From the NCBI GenBank assembly GCA_028534125.1, contig CM052816.1, positions 83,516,001 through 83,580,000 of the forward strand: a DNA stretch of 64,000 nt, read 5' to 3'. Source of the DNA: Lama glama. Lineage: Eukaryota. Shown one piece after another: positions 26,045 to 38,600 of this stretch; positions within the stretch are counted from its first letter, which is position 1, and the number at the start of each line of letters is the position of its first letter. Below the pieces are notes generated by a model. It was not told the origin of the DNA, made no database searches, and saw nothing but the letters and a program-made list of their open reading frames with translations. The position numbers were made by a program, and so were the translations under genes.

Positions 26045-26425
26045 ATTTTATCACTGTCTAAATCCACCACAAAAGTCAGCAGCTGTAAACAACAATAATA
26101 TATTATTGTTTACGCATCTATAGGTCAGCTTGATTGATATAAGATGTTCTCTACTGGGCTATGCTACCCAGTCTGCGCATCCTGGGCAAACTTGCTTGTG
26201 ACTCTACCAGTCAGCCAGGGAAAAAATGACATATGTTGCTCTGGATTTCATTCTCCTGAGATCACAGAAGTAAGTGAGACACAGTCACATGAGATCAAAG
26301 AACAGCAATAGGGCAATAGAAATAGGTCAAGATTTTTTTAGGCCTAAGCTCAAAATCAGTACGATGTCACTTCCATCATACTTGGACTGTGACCTCTTGG
26401 CTAAGTCCAGAGTTAAGGTTCAGAC
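26045..26425 (-). mobile_element. MaLR LTR (MLT1H-like)
   Basis: aaatccaccacaaaagtcagcagctgtaaacaacaa ... aggcctaagctcaaaatcagtacgatgtcacttcc ... ggctaagtccagagttaagg. Confidence 0.6.
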
Positions 26426-26450
26426 GTGTGTGTGTGTGTGTGTGTGTGTG
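26426..26450. repeat. (GT)n microsatellite
   Basis: Directly visible, perfect repeat. Confidence 0.95.
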
Positions 26451-26991
26451 ATGTTTTTTAAAATTTCTGTATCTTCTTATATAAGAATACTTTGTGTTGG
26501 TTATAAATATACACATAAATACTTATATATGTCATACATACATATATTTGTACAAAATCAAAATAAACTATTTATTATCAGCTTTGGAACTTTTTTTTTC
26601 CACGGTCTATCTTTGTTTTATTAATAATCATAGGAATTACTTTAGCTTTCTCAAAAACTCAGTTTGATTTCCAATTCAGAAGTTAAAAACTATTTCTTTT
26701 TTAAATTTGTTTTTAAAAGTGTTTTGCAGTATGCTGTATTATAATTATTTAAAATTCTAGCTATTGGAAAATTATTGGTCAAATATCAGGAGATAAACAT
26801 TTTTTAGTGCCAGGCCACAAATAATAGATATATTGATTTTTTTTAATGAATTAAAGGTACAAACTCCAAATATAAACATCAGTCAGATGGGTCTGTTTTT
26901 TAACTAGTGGTTTTATATGCTATAACAGATACCAAATAAATATACATGATATTAAAATAAATAATAGCTCAGCCTTTGAAACGTAAAACCT

Positions 26992-27491
26992 TGTGATAGT
27001 TAATTTTGTGTGTCAGCTTGACTGGATCACTGATGTCCAGATATCTGGTTAGACATTATTTCTGGGTGTATCTGGGAGAATGTTTCCAAAATAGAATAGC
27101 ATTTGAATCGGTAGATAGAGTTAGCTAAACTTCCTTCCTCATGTGAATGGGCATCATCCAGTAATTTGAGGGCCTGAACTGAACAAAAATTTGGAGGAAG
27201 AGATAATTTTCTCTCTCTCTCTCTCTCTGCATGACTGGCTGCCCTGAGCAGTGATTTTTTCTCTTCCCTTTGGTGCTCCTGGTTCTCAACTTTCAAACCT
27301 AGACGTGGAAAATACACCATTAGCTCCCTTGTTCTCAGACCTTTGAGCTAAATCACCGGCATTCCTTGGGTCTCCAACTTGCAGAAGGCAGACTGTGGGA
27401 CTTCCAAGCCTGCATAATCAGCCAACTTTATAATAAATCTTTCTATACATACATCTCAATTGTGTTTCTCTGAGAAAACCTGGCTAATACA
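26992..27491 (+). mobile_element. MLT2 (ERVL) solo LTR with an internal (CT)n tract
   Basis: Classic start tgtgatagttaattttgtgtgtcagcttgactgg, then ttgcagaaggcagactgtgggactt, AATAAA at ~27432, and end ctgagaaaacctggctaataca. Confidence 0.9.
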
Positions 27492-27879
27492 GATCTCTAC
27501 TTGATGTCTTTCAAACATTTAAGAGGAAATAGAAACTTCCCAAATTCTACCTGCGTGAATGGTAGGGCAGAGATACACCACTTGTTAAACTCTGTGTATG
27601 AGCACCTGGTTACTAATACTCTCTCTGAATGTGTTTTGCCTCCCTCTTTAATATCTATGAAGATTGAAAGTAAAGATATCTTATTACAAATTTTATTTTT
27701 TCTCATGTTTATTCATAAGAATCTAGTTACTGCTATTCTCTAATTGAGGGTAACAGTAGGAAGCTTGTAACAGTCCTCATAACATAGTTCAATATATAAA
27801 TACCACTTAACATTAGTTGTGTAAATGTATGTTAATATTCATTCAGCTTACAAAGTAATTTTTTAATGATTTTTTTTAG

Positions 27880-29520
27880 CTAAGTGGATGTAAAAGTCCA
27901 CATGAAATGGCTTAAAAAGAGTGTATGGGAAAGCAGAAAGGAACAGAAATATAGACATCACTTTTAGGTTACAATTTTTGCAATGGACAGCAGAGAATTA
28001 GAAAATTCCTAGAAGAAAAGGTTGGGTCAAGGGAATTTTTTTTCTAATATCGACTTAAAAAATAGAACTTTACAAATGATATAGAAGAAAAAGAGCTTGA
28101 TGATAAAGGATGACAGAGGAAAACTGCAGTACTGAAATCCTTGAGTTGATGGAGAGTGTGGCAATCAGATCACAAATGAAAGACTTTTGTCAACCCAAGC
28201 TTGTGTGCCTTATACACAGTAAGGCCAAACAACCCAAAATGTCAAAGTCTGGAGCAGAAAGAGGTTTACTGCATGAGCCATTCAAGGAGAATGGCGACTA
28301 GTGCTCAGAAAAACCCTGAAATCCCCAATGTGTTTCAGGGAAGCATTTTTAAGGCCAAGTGAGGGAGGGGAGTTGCAGGGTGTGTGATCAGCTTGTGCAC
28401 AATTCTCTGATTGGCTGAAGGTGAGGTAACAGGGCTGTGTCACAGGGGTTAACATTATCAATCCTTAGGTTCCAGTAGGTCTGAGGGCTATATGCTCATG
28501 CTTATTACATAGGTAACTTTTTCCATTTGGTGGGGGTTTAACATCTGTAAAACAATTCAAGATATGTGCATCAGATACTGTTATTTAGGTACTTCAGGGA
28601 GAAACTAAAGATTCTGTGCCTGCCATACGGCTGATTCACTGTTTAAATTGTTACCAGTTTTCCTGGCCCAATGGCTACTTTTGTCACTACATGTTCACAT
28701 CCTTTTAACCATTAATTCTTGAGTCAGGATTTGTGACTCAGGAGAGGCCTGGGAGACCATAGCTTTCCTATGAACAACAGGCAGGAAGAGGACACAGTGT
28801 CTGGGGAGCAGGGGGCTGTCTCAGGAATGTCCTATTGAGTCCTGGTCAGTTACAAGACCTTAGATGAAATGCCTTAGTAAGGGCATTTCTTTGTCATACA
28901 TGTGAAGTCAGAACATAAGTGTTCAGATGAAGAAGCATTGTTAGATATGGGAGTAAAAATATGAGGTTTTCTCTTCCAATTGCTTTTTTTCAAACAAAAT
29001 GTTGGGAAAAGTTTTCTGCTGAGTGTGCAGGGGAAGGTAGATAGGATATAAAATGGCTATACCAGAGAATGGGAATGTGAAGTTAATAGATACATGTAGT
29101 AGTACCCATCTGAGATTTGTGTACATACATAAGGTGGGACTATGTAACATTGTTATATTATTTTTCTAGTGATATTCAAGCACTTAGGTGCAAACTCGGG
29201 ATAGATCAATAACTGCTACGAGGTTTGTCCAGTTGCATATGACAGATGGAGAGAATAGCCTAAGACTTTAGGCGGCGGTATGGTTAAGAAAGGAAGCAAG
29301 GAAATGATTGATGCATAGTGAAAACTTGTGGCATCAATGGGTGGGAGTTCTCAGTGCAGTCAAAGGAGTGTTGGAGTCCAGCACTTAGAGTAAGTTAACG
29401 TGGGGAGAAAAAGACATAAATAGTTAAGGGACAGGACCCTTAAAATGCAAATTTCATAGAAAAGGCATTTACTACTGCTGGCAGTCAATCTTAAGTGTAA
29501 CCATGTGAGCAGTTAGCTCA
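27880..29520 (-). mobile_element. Decayed L2 fragments flanking the 28.2-kb LTR
   Basis: Purine-rich + strand with antisense-L2-like motifs (tccttgagttgatggagagtgtggcaatcagatcacaaatg; attgcttttttt caaacaaaatgttgggaaaagttttctgctgagtgtg). Confidence 0.4.
28185..28854 (-). mobile_element. 670-bp cetartiodactyl-type ERV1 solo LTR
   Basis: Perfect 4-bp TSD agac (28181-28184 and 28855-28858). Ends ...cctggtcagttaCA. Internal aattctctgattggctgaaggtgaggtaacaggg. Appears to interrupt L2-like sequence. Confidence 0.88.
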
Positions 29521-30949
29521 GGTAAAGTAGGAAAATGATCACTACAATTTTTATTTTAGTCATGTGACAGTTTGGATTTCCTTCATTGCCCTAAAAAATT
29601 ATTCCTTAAGACTTTCTGCCATTGAATACTCTGGGGGAGAAGTGTGAAATCATTCTGATTTTGTCCCTTTAACTGACTTAAATTTCACCCATTCCTGGGG
29701 GTGCTTCAAATAGCTGTAACATAATACATGAAGTGTTGACTGTACTTTAATTAATTCATATTGGCAAGTGATTTTTCCTTTTAGCTGTCTTCTTCATTTC
29801 TCATTAAGTTTTATAAATTTATATTCTATTTTAAAATATTTTTCTCTCTTCCATATTTTGCGCTTTACACTTCAGGTGAATCAATCATCCATTTCTTAAA
29901 TATTCTTGAAAATTTTACCTCATAATTATTGTCTTTCTTCTGGTTGATGTTCTTTAATTTTTCCCTCTGATTTCTCAGTTATTGTCCTAAGTCTGTCTTC
30001 CAGTCTATTGCTTTAGGCACTGATACAAGGGAATTCTGCTACTGTATTTTTTCCTTATTCATGTTTGTTTCCATAATAATTTTGCTTTTGTCCTTAGCTT
30101 GTTTAGTTAGTTCTGCATTATCTGTTAATTCCTTTTTATTGATATTAAAGTTTTTTTTTTATTATCCTTAGAGTGAAAAGTATGTTTGTGGACTTTAAAC
30201 TTTGGTAAGCCATAATTCCCTCTTTCCCTTTTTTTTAAATTTGCTCCACAATTTTTGCCATATTTCCTTCAATCTTATTAATTTTTAACATGGACAGCCC
30301 TAACTAAACTAGATATTTCCCTAGTGAAATATGTAACCATTCTCCCTGGCTTCATATGCACCTTGTCTGAGACTGGATTTCCTCTCCTCATAGATCAGAC
30401 CTAAGGGCCAGGTTTGCAGGGTTCTGGTCTTTATACTTTGTATCTACTGTTGGTAGATTTAATCTTTGAGACCTCAAATCACGTCTGCTTTGAGGCATAT
30501 TTTATTCTTATCCAGTGTATCTTAAGTTTCTGAATAGCTTTTTCCACTTCAGGTTTACCCCAGGAACTTTGCGTTTCAGAGACAGCAAGCTCTAAGGAGT
30601 TTCCTTCTCATTCCAATCTCCTTAGCAGATCCTCAATTCCCTCGAAATGGAGAAACATATCGTCAAAGTGTCAAGTGTTGTTCAAGGAATTGCTCATCTA
30701 GAGTAAAGGAGGAAAACTTCAAAAGGTGCACAATGTTTATTTTTCTTTTTCCAGGAGCCACTGACCATCTCGTTTTTATTTTTCTATATTATTTCCTGGT
30801 TAATTTACCCTTCCTAGTAATACCTTTAGTATTAAAGAATAAGGTTGTCTCAGGATTAACCAATCTCTTTCCAACTGTCACATAGGGAAAATAAAATAAA
30901 AACTATTGCTATTTTCCCCTTTTATTGGTGTTGTCAGCATTACAATAGG

Positions 30950-31404
30950 TATTGCAGTTTGGTTTCTTCCAGGAGATGGAAATGTCCTCTGAGATGGAAA
31001 TTTACATGCTGGAATTTTATGATAAAGATTCTCTGAATCAAAATCTCTAAGGGAGTGAAGAAGGAGGATTAAGTAGTAGGGGAATTGAACTATAACGACC
31101 CTATTGGAAGTGACAAGGACCCCACCCAAAGGGGGCACTGGAACCAGAACGGCCCCTCGGAGTTGTGCCATACTAGAGTAAGGGATCCGGTCTTTATATT
31201 GCCAAGTCAGTAGTTCTTGCACATGGGTTGCCTGAAGGAGTGGGTGATGACTTTGGGCAAGCATCTCTCTTCAGCCCATGGCAAGATATGGAAGTGACTC
31301 AGTGGAGAACTCTTGTCTGTCTGTATTTCCACACTTCCAGCACCAGAGAATGAATATTTCAGGCTAGAAGTGTCGGGGAGAGAATGAGGAATCTGAAGAG
31401 TACA
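30950..31404 (-). mobile_element. LTR33-like ERVL LTR
   Basis: ctctgagatggaaatttacatgctgg ... ggcccctcggagttgtgcc ... gactttgggcaagcatctctcttcagc ... cacttccagcacc follow the LTR33 consensus in order. Confidence 0.8.
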
Positions 31405-31559
31405 GGAGAACATTTATTATAGTTTGGAAAGACTTTTGGTCTTAGAGTCATTTGGTGTTTCTCTGAATGATTCCTAAATCCCCTCAGCCTGCTTCTCTTA
31501 AATGAATACTTTCTGTGAAGTTTTTCATACTGTTTTTCTGCCACCATGCCTATGACTGT

Positions 31560-32110
31560 TGAAAAACATGCAAAGGCAAAACAATACATGATCTACCTAG
31601 TATATATTTTTAATTGTGTTGGTAAAAGAGCAGCATATAGATTCTGACGTATATTCTTGGAATATAAATTTATTAAAGTTTCTGCAGCATAATTTGGCAA
31701 TATATTTTCAAAGTGCATAAAATATATATTTTGAGATAATCAAAACCTTGAAATTTATCTTTTCTAAATAAGCAAGTACTACCAGTAATTTCCTTTTATA
31801 TTCAAAAAATGCAATTTAGAAACTGTAAGAGATTAGTCAAGGAAAATATGGAGCTTAATATGATGGAATAATATCAAGTTCTTAAAATCAAGAGAAATTC
31901 AGGTTACACAAATATGGAAACTTTATGATTGCATTGAATATTTATTTATGTGTGAATATAAGTATAAAATAATCTGGAAGGAAATATAGTAAAAATGCTA
32001 TTGTCTAAAATTGAATTACAGATTACTTTGTTTTTAGACCTCTCTTTCCTGATAGTTTTTCTAACATATCATAATGATTTTATAATTAAAATAAATAAAT
32101 TATGTTTAAA
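31560..32110 (+). mobile_element. Old L1 (L1ME-like) 3' end remnant
   Basis: ggaatataaattt...cataatttggcaatatattttcaaag ... atctggaaggaaatata ... ttttataattaaaataaataaa. Confidence 0.45.
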
Positions 32111-34372
32111 AGTCACTATGAATCATCTTTACATTATGTGTGACTACTGATAGAGAAAGTTTTCTCTTCTATCCAGTGAATTTAACCCAATGATACAGCA
32201 GTTAGGTTAATGAGGGGAAAAAACACGAAAAAACAAATAACGAAGCAAACAAAATAAAAATATGTGTCAGTAATTAGACACTAGAAAATCTAACGCAAGT
32301 TTGAAACAACACTGTCAACATGCTGACTACTTTGATTATACTTACTGAAACGTCCTATTACATACATAAAATGTAAATGAGAATGTATGTATACACACAA
32401 AAAATTATATGTATGTGTATTTTAGATGAGTAAACAATATGTATTTAATCAGTAAAATAACACTTCATTGTATTATGTACAACAGAAAATGTAATCGCCA
32501 AATTTTTCTCATAAAAAATTGATTATGATCAACCAGAATCTTTCTAATCTGAAGCAGATAATCTAAAGAGTCTAAATAATATTTGTTAGATCAAGAAAAA
32601 TTGCCTAAACATTGGGTAGATATATTAAATGTGGACTGTATTTACCTTAGACAGCTAGCAGCACAAGATTTTTTTTTCAATATATTTTAAGGCCCAAGAT
32701 GTACATTTACATTTATTTTGTAGGAAAAATATATGGGCTTTATGGTATGACAACTTAACCTTATCTTTATTGTTCTGTTTTGTAGAATTGTGTAAGTTAG
32801 AAAATAAAAGCCTTCTTAAACTTATACTTACTTCAGTGGTAGGTATTTGACTTTAATTTTTCACATAGACGAAGTGAAGTACTGAAGTACACTGAAGTAG
32901 TGAAGTACAGAGTGAGAATCAGAATCATTTTGTATGAAAATATAGTTAAATGCAACCTCACACGGGACTACAAGTCTGAAGCTATCATGGCATATGTCTT
33001 GATAGATATTAGAAATATCAATACTGAGATAAGCTTTATTATGAAGTTGTAGGTTGTGATGGAGAATGATCTTTTCACATATACTCTTAATACTATGTGA
33101 AAAAAGTGAAGTTTGCGATGCAAGTATGTGAAAAGTATATGCAAAAGTGAAAATTATTTTTTTAGAAGAGAGCTATTATAGAAATTTTTATTTTTAAGTA
33201 CTAAATTATTGTACAATCTTAATTTTAAACTTCAGAGAGTAGAAACTGCTTAAATTTCATGAGCAACTAAGAATCACTGGGTAGCACTAAGTTTAAATCA
33301 GAATGGGGAAAGGTATTTTTTCTTGAAATATATTTTAAAGACACTTTAGAAGGAGCCATGGAGCAATGTCTGTCATTATCATTCACTGTGCTTTAGGAGC
33401 AAGGAGAAATGAGCACAAATCTATCCCTTAGGCAAGAGTAATCTCTGCGACTTCTCTAGCCCAGAGAAACAAAGGAGTCATGGATCAATTTACTATCTAT
33501 GGTGCAAAGTCCTAGATTTCTCAGGAAAAACTCTCAGATTACTTTAACTTTGTTTTTAAAAGATACGTAGATAAGGTCTGCTTCTCTCCAAAATATCTGG
33601 AGGTTGCAATTGTAATAATCACTCAATTTTTTGTGTGTCAGTTTTCTTGTGCCTGTTCTAAAGATTTGACAGTTTCTTAGTTCCAATCCCTTTGGATTTA
33701 ATTCCAGATTGTATACAGTGTATTGACTGTACATATACAGAGTGAAAACAAAACAAAACAAAACAAAAAAACACCAAAAAAAAAAAACAAAACTAAAAGA
33801 AAAGGGCACACAAGGATTGCCAAAAATGAATCAAATAAAGATGCAAACTGGTGATGGTGTGTTTTTATCTACTTAGTTGCCCACATTAACATTAGAAATA
33901 TTTGGAGGCATTGAACCAACCAGAAATATTCACATCAAATACGACAAAATTTTAAGACCCTAATAAAGATAGAGATTAGAAAATAATACAAGTCAAAAAA
34001 GAGGAAGAATTTGTACAGTTGATAAGTGGCGAATACAATTCACAAAATATAAACAAATGTACTTATAAAAAGGTGATCTAGCATTGCGGAAGACGGACCA
34101 TTTATATTTAACTCTCCATAATACTCTAATTACAGAGCAACGGATATAAATGGCACAGGGGCACTCAGGAGAAAAAAAAAAAGAACAGAGTCTCCATAAG
34201 TCAGAAATCAAACAGTAATTCAAAGTAAAAAGTTCAGGATGATCTTGCTAGCATCCTGGACTTCTGGTTGTGGAATGGACCATGGGGTGGGAATTTCATT
34301 CTTTGGAATAACTGAGGGGAAGCATCACTAGTCTAGCTAGGAACAAGGACCTATTTAATTTTTTCTTTTAAG

Positions 34373-34896
34373 GATTCAGAAAATGCACTTGACAAAATTC
34401 AACATTCATTTATGATAAAATCTCTCAAGAAAGCAGGTTTAGAGGGTATATGCCTCAACTTAATAAAGGCCGTGTATGATAAGCCTACAGCTCACATCAT
34501 ACTCAATAATGAAAAGCTGGAAGCTCTTCCCCTAAGATCAGGAACAAGACAAGGATGTCCATTCTTGCCATTTTTATTCAACATAGTATTGGAAGTCTAG
34601 CCAGAGCAATTAGGCAAGGGAAAAAAAAAAATCCAAAATGGAAAGAAAGAAGTAAAACTGTCACTATTAGCAGAGGACATGATATTATGGATTAAAAAAA
34701 GCCCTAAATATTCCATCAAAAAAGCTGTTAGAACTCACAGGATACAAAGTCAATGTACAAAAACAGTGTTTCTATACACTAATAATGAGCTATCAGAAAG
34801 AGAAATTAAGGAAAACAATCACATTTACAATTGCATCAACAAGAATAAAATACCGAGGAACAAATTTAACCAATGAGGTGAATGATATGAATACTG
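34373..34896 (+). mobile_element. L1 ORF2 internal fragment (reverse transcriptase domain), frame-disrupted
   Basis: Translation [62 protein letters not shown] matches the conserved L1 ORF2 RT segment (SGTRQGCP). Next comes the degenerate F/Y-ADD motif (tta gca gag gac atg ata). Stops and frameshifts are present. Confidence 0.95.
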
Positions 34897-35299
34897 ACAT
34901 TTTTCTAACTTTTTAAAAATTCGGATGGGAAGGCTATCTTGCCTGTACACTTATATGTGCCCATAGTTTATGTTAAGGCTACACAGTTAGGGATTTAAAA
35001 GAAATACACTCAGCCTTATAGCAAGCAGCACCACAGCCAAGCCCAGTAGATCAGTAGAATGTCCGAAAGTCAACATAGTGAAGGATGACTGAGCTGTGAC
35101 TACCTGAGCTGTGAAGTATTTGAGGGTCCTAGTGTCTGGGTGAAGCAATCACAAAACCAAATAAAAAAGGAGATGAATGGAGAGAGGGAGGGAAGATAGA
35201 GGGAAGAAGAGAGAGAGAGAGAGAGGTAGCTGAAGAAAAGAAAAATGTGGACTGGCAAAAACGGCTAGACCAGTTTTAACTCACGTTTCTGTCCATGGC

Positions 35300-35680
35300 A
35301 GACACCTGTGACTAGAAAGCAGTTGCTGAATCAGGTTCTGCCTTCCCGGAGTCCCCTGTATCTGCGTGTGGCCATGTGACTTGTTTCCCTATTGGAATAT
35401 GAAGAGATGAGATCATTTTCATTTTCAAGATAAGATTCTAAAATATGGATGTGCTTTTCACATATTATCTCTTTTCTCTTCTGTCTTCTGGATGCACAAA
35501 ATGATGAGGTTCCTACTGATAGAGGTACAACAAGATAGCAGGAGGCTAGGTTATCTACCAACAAGAACCACCATTTTATTGCCATATAAGCAAAAAACAA
35601 AACAAAACAAAGCAAAAAACTAGTGTCTTTGAACTGGCATGAATGAGGGTCTATTCATCAGGACAGCTAGTATTACTCTA
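35300..35680 (+). mobile_element. MaLR LTR (MLT1H/I/J-like)
   Basis: ttcccggagtcccctgtatctgcgtgtggccatgtgacttgtttcc ... acaacaagatagcaggaggctagg. Confidence 0.65.
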
Positions 35681-38600
35681 AGGGAAACAATAATAATTTG
35701 TAGCCTAACAAACTCAAAAAGCAGGAGATTCATTCTAAGCAGATAAAATAATTAAGTACAGTAACTATGATTAATTACCTCACATACAAATAAAGTAACA
35801 GAATTTATATTATTCCAGATAACTAACTCACCAGAGCATATGATATAAAAATGGAAGACAAAATAAGAGGAACATATATTAAAAATGAACATACAGAAGA
35901 TGAATATGTAATTATTGGAGGAAAAACAAATTACATTTTATAAACTATAGCCTGGGCACATTCTAGTGTATTTCATCAACTGGAATTTAGGACTAAGGAC
36001 CCGTCACTCTTCACAGAGAGAAGATAAAAACTTGAAAAAGCTGTTAAGAAACGTGTACATTTTTAAAGGGCATCAGCATGTTCCTAATGATTATTTTAAT
36101 TATAGATATTTAAGAAAATGGTAGCGATAACAATTAAATCTAATGAAGGTTAAGGATTTGTTCTAACTCAAAGAAAGCCATAAATCTTACCTTAAATGTT
36201 GACACTAATTACTTAATAGGAAAAACAAAATAAATGCTCACCAGCTAGAACATAGTGAAACTGAAAACACCAGCTATGAAGAGAAAAATCTGAAAGGATA
36301 CTTTAATAGTGTATGTTACCTACAGTAGAATGGCAATAGTCTGAGAGCCCGTTCTTAACAATAACAGACAAGAGGTAAGATGGAGTGATACCTTACAAGA
36401 CCTAAGGAAAGGGAACTGTTCTACAGGTCTACAGTGGGGTAACCTATCATTTGAGAGTGATGGTGATAAAGGCTATTCCATGAGTACAAGAACCAATAAT
36501 TCACTACTCATTGAATTTCTGTTACAAAATTAGCAAACAGAAATTGTGGAACAAAATGCCAATTATAAATATTACTAAAATATAGTGAACTATTTAAATA
36601 TTGTCTACAAAATTTAATTATTACTATTTAAAAAGTAGAAATAAGATTCTAGCCAATGATATTTTGGATGATTGAAACTAGATGCCTAATTGGTAGTTAT
36701 GACTTATAAATTTCTTTTTAAGAGAGATATAAAAATATGGACTGATTATAGTATAATTAAGGAGATATTCTGTGCCAAATAAGTTGATAAAAATAATTTA
36801 AAGTCATTATAAAATTGGATATTGGTACAATTGTAGTAAACATGTCAACTTATTCTGACAGTATTATAAATTCATACTAACTTTAATTTAAAAACAATTT
36901 TTCCCTGAAAGATCCTGAAAGTCAGCATGCAGCTTTGATAAAGTAATTCCTTTAGCAAGAATACGCATTTTCCAGAATTTAAAAAAAACTAATACATTGT
37001 GAAAAAAGCTACCCCAATTATTTTTAGGATACAATTTTATTATTAAGATATTATTCTTTTCAAAGAAACTGGGAAATATGGTTTACATTATAATACTGAA
37101 TAACTGTTTAAGAGTCATGATTTCTGGGAGATAAAGCAATCATGCAGCAAGCACAGGCAAAGTAGCTTAATTCGAACCAACCCCCTTCTCTCTCAATATT
37201 CTAACCATATATATATATATATATCGAGAAAGAGTTTGATTATTTAAATATACTTTAAAGTACTTTGGGAATGTAGGTATTGCAGGTTAAATGTTTCAGT
37301 ATGCTGTGTCTCTGTAAGTCAATATATTTTTTATTAACATGAAAAAAATTCCATACAATTGACTTTTATTGGCATTTTCTTACCTTTTGCCCTGACAGTG
37401 ATAGCTAGTACTGCTATTAAATCATTAATAAGTAGCTATCTCTGGTTATAAATCTTAAGCCAGTGTTTGTTAACTACACCATACCACTTGTCTTAAAACC
37501 ATCAGTTTCTTACATAAATAGTCATCACATCTTTGGAAACATATTGAAAGGTTAATGAATTCTATCACACATACAAGCAAATCACTTGCACCAAAATTTC
37601 ACAAATCAATAAATATTTCACAAGCTGGCCTGAACACTCATTTGCTTTCCAAATTGAAAATATTACTTAAACAAGTCTAAGTTATCCTTTCTAAAATTTC
37701 CATAAATGCTTGCTATTATATTTAAGTTTTTGTCAATACACGTTTAGTACATAAATATCTTAACTCATTACTATTTTAGCAAAATATCTATTTCTACCCT
37801 ATTTTTATTTCCAACTTGATATATAACATATATAAAATATTTTATTGAATTGTTCCTTCTCAATTCAGGAATATACCTTCCTGCTTCTTTGTTTTCTCTC
37901 TGTTCAAAGACATACCTATATCAATCTCAAAAAATCTACAGAGTAAATTTTTAACATATTCCACTGATTTTTAGGGGGTTTCTTCATCATCAGAGAATAT
38001 CCAATCAAACTACTGTCTATAGTTTCAAAGATGCAGAGTGTCCTTAAAGAAATTCTTGCCTGTTCAATAGCTGTGTCTTTTAAACACTACAGTGTTTCAA
38101 CTACTTTAAAATGTTAGAAATCCACTATTTCTTTAAAAACAAAACATTCTAAGTAATGATTATGTTCACATTTCATATTTAAATATTCAAGATGTTTCTT
38201 ATCTCTATACTAAAGAGATTTCATTCATTCCTTATTCTTAACAATATCCTAAGGTTATTTTTCTTACACAATGAAAAAAATTAACAGTAATTTAAAATTC
38301 ATCCCTAGTGTTAAATATTGGAATTTATGGGGGTTAATGGATCTGTTCTTTTACTTGCTGAATACATTGTGTCCCCTTAGATGATGGTTACCATTTCTTA
38401 ATTAAGAATACACCGAAGTGCCATCCGAATGTGCATAATTTATTCCCTTTGTATTATTGGACTGGGAATTTTTCCAATGAATAAAACATCTTATTCTGAG
38501 GCAAAATGAAAACTAATATTTTAAAACTTGGTGAAGAAATATCATTTCTTTAACTTGTTTTAAAGAAATCATTTCTTTAACTTGTTAAATAATAAATCTA

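Noticed and set aside
34412..34876. ORFs of 62 and 65 aa as a host gene or functional reverse transcriptase
   Set aside because: They are frameshifted, stop-interrupted pieces of L1 ORF2.
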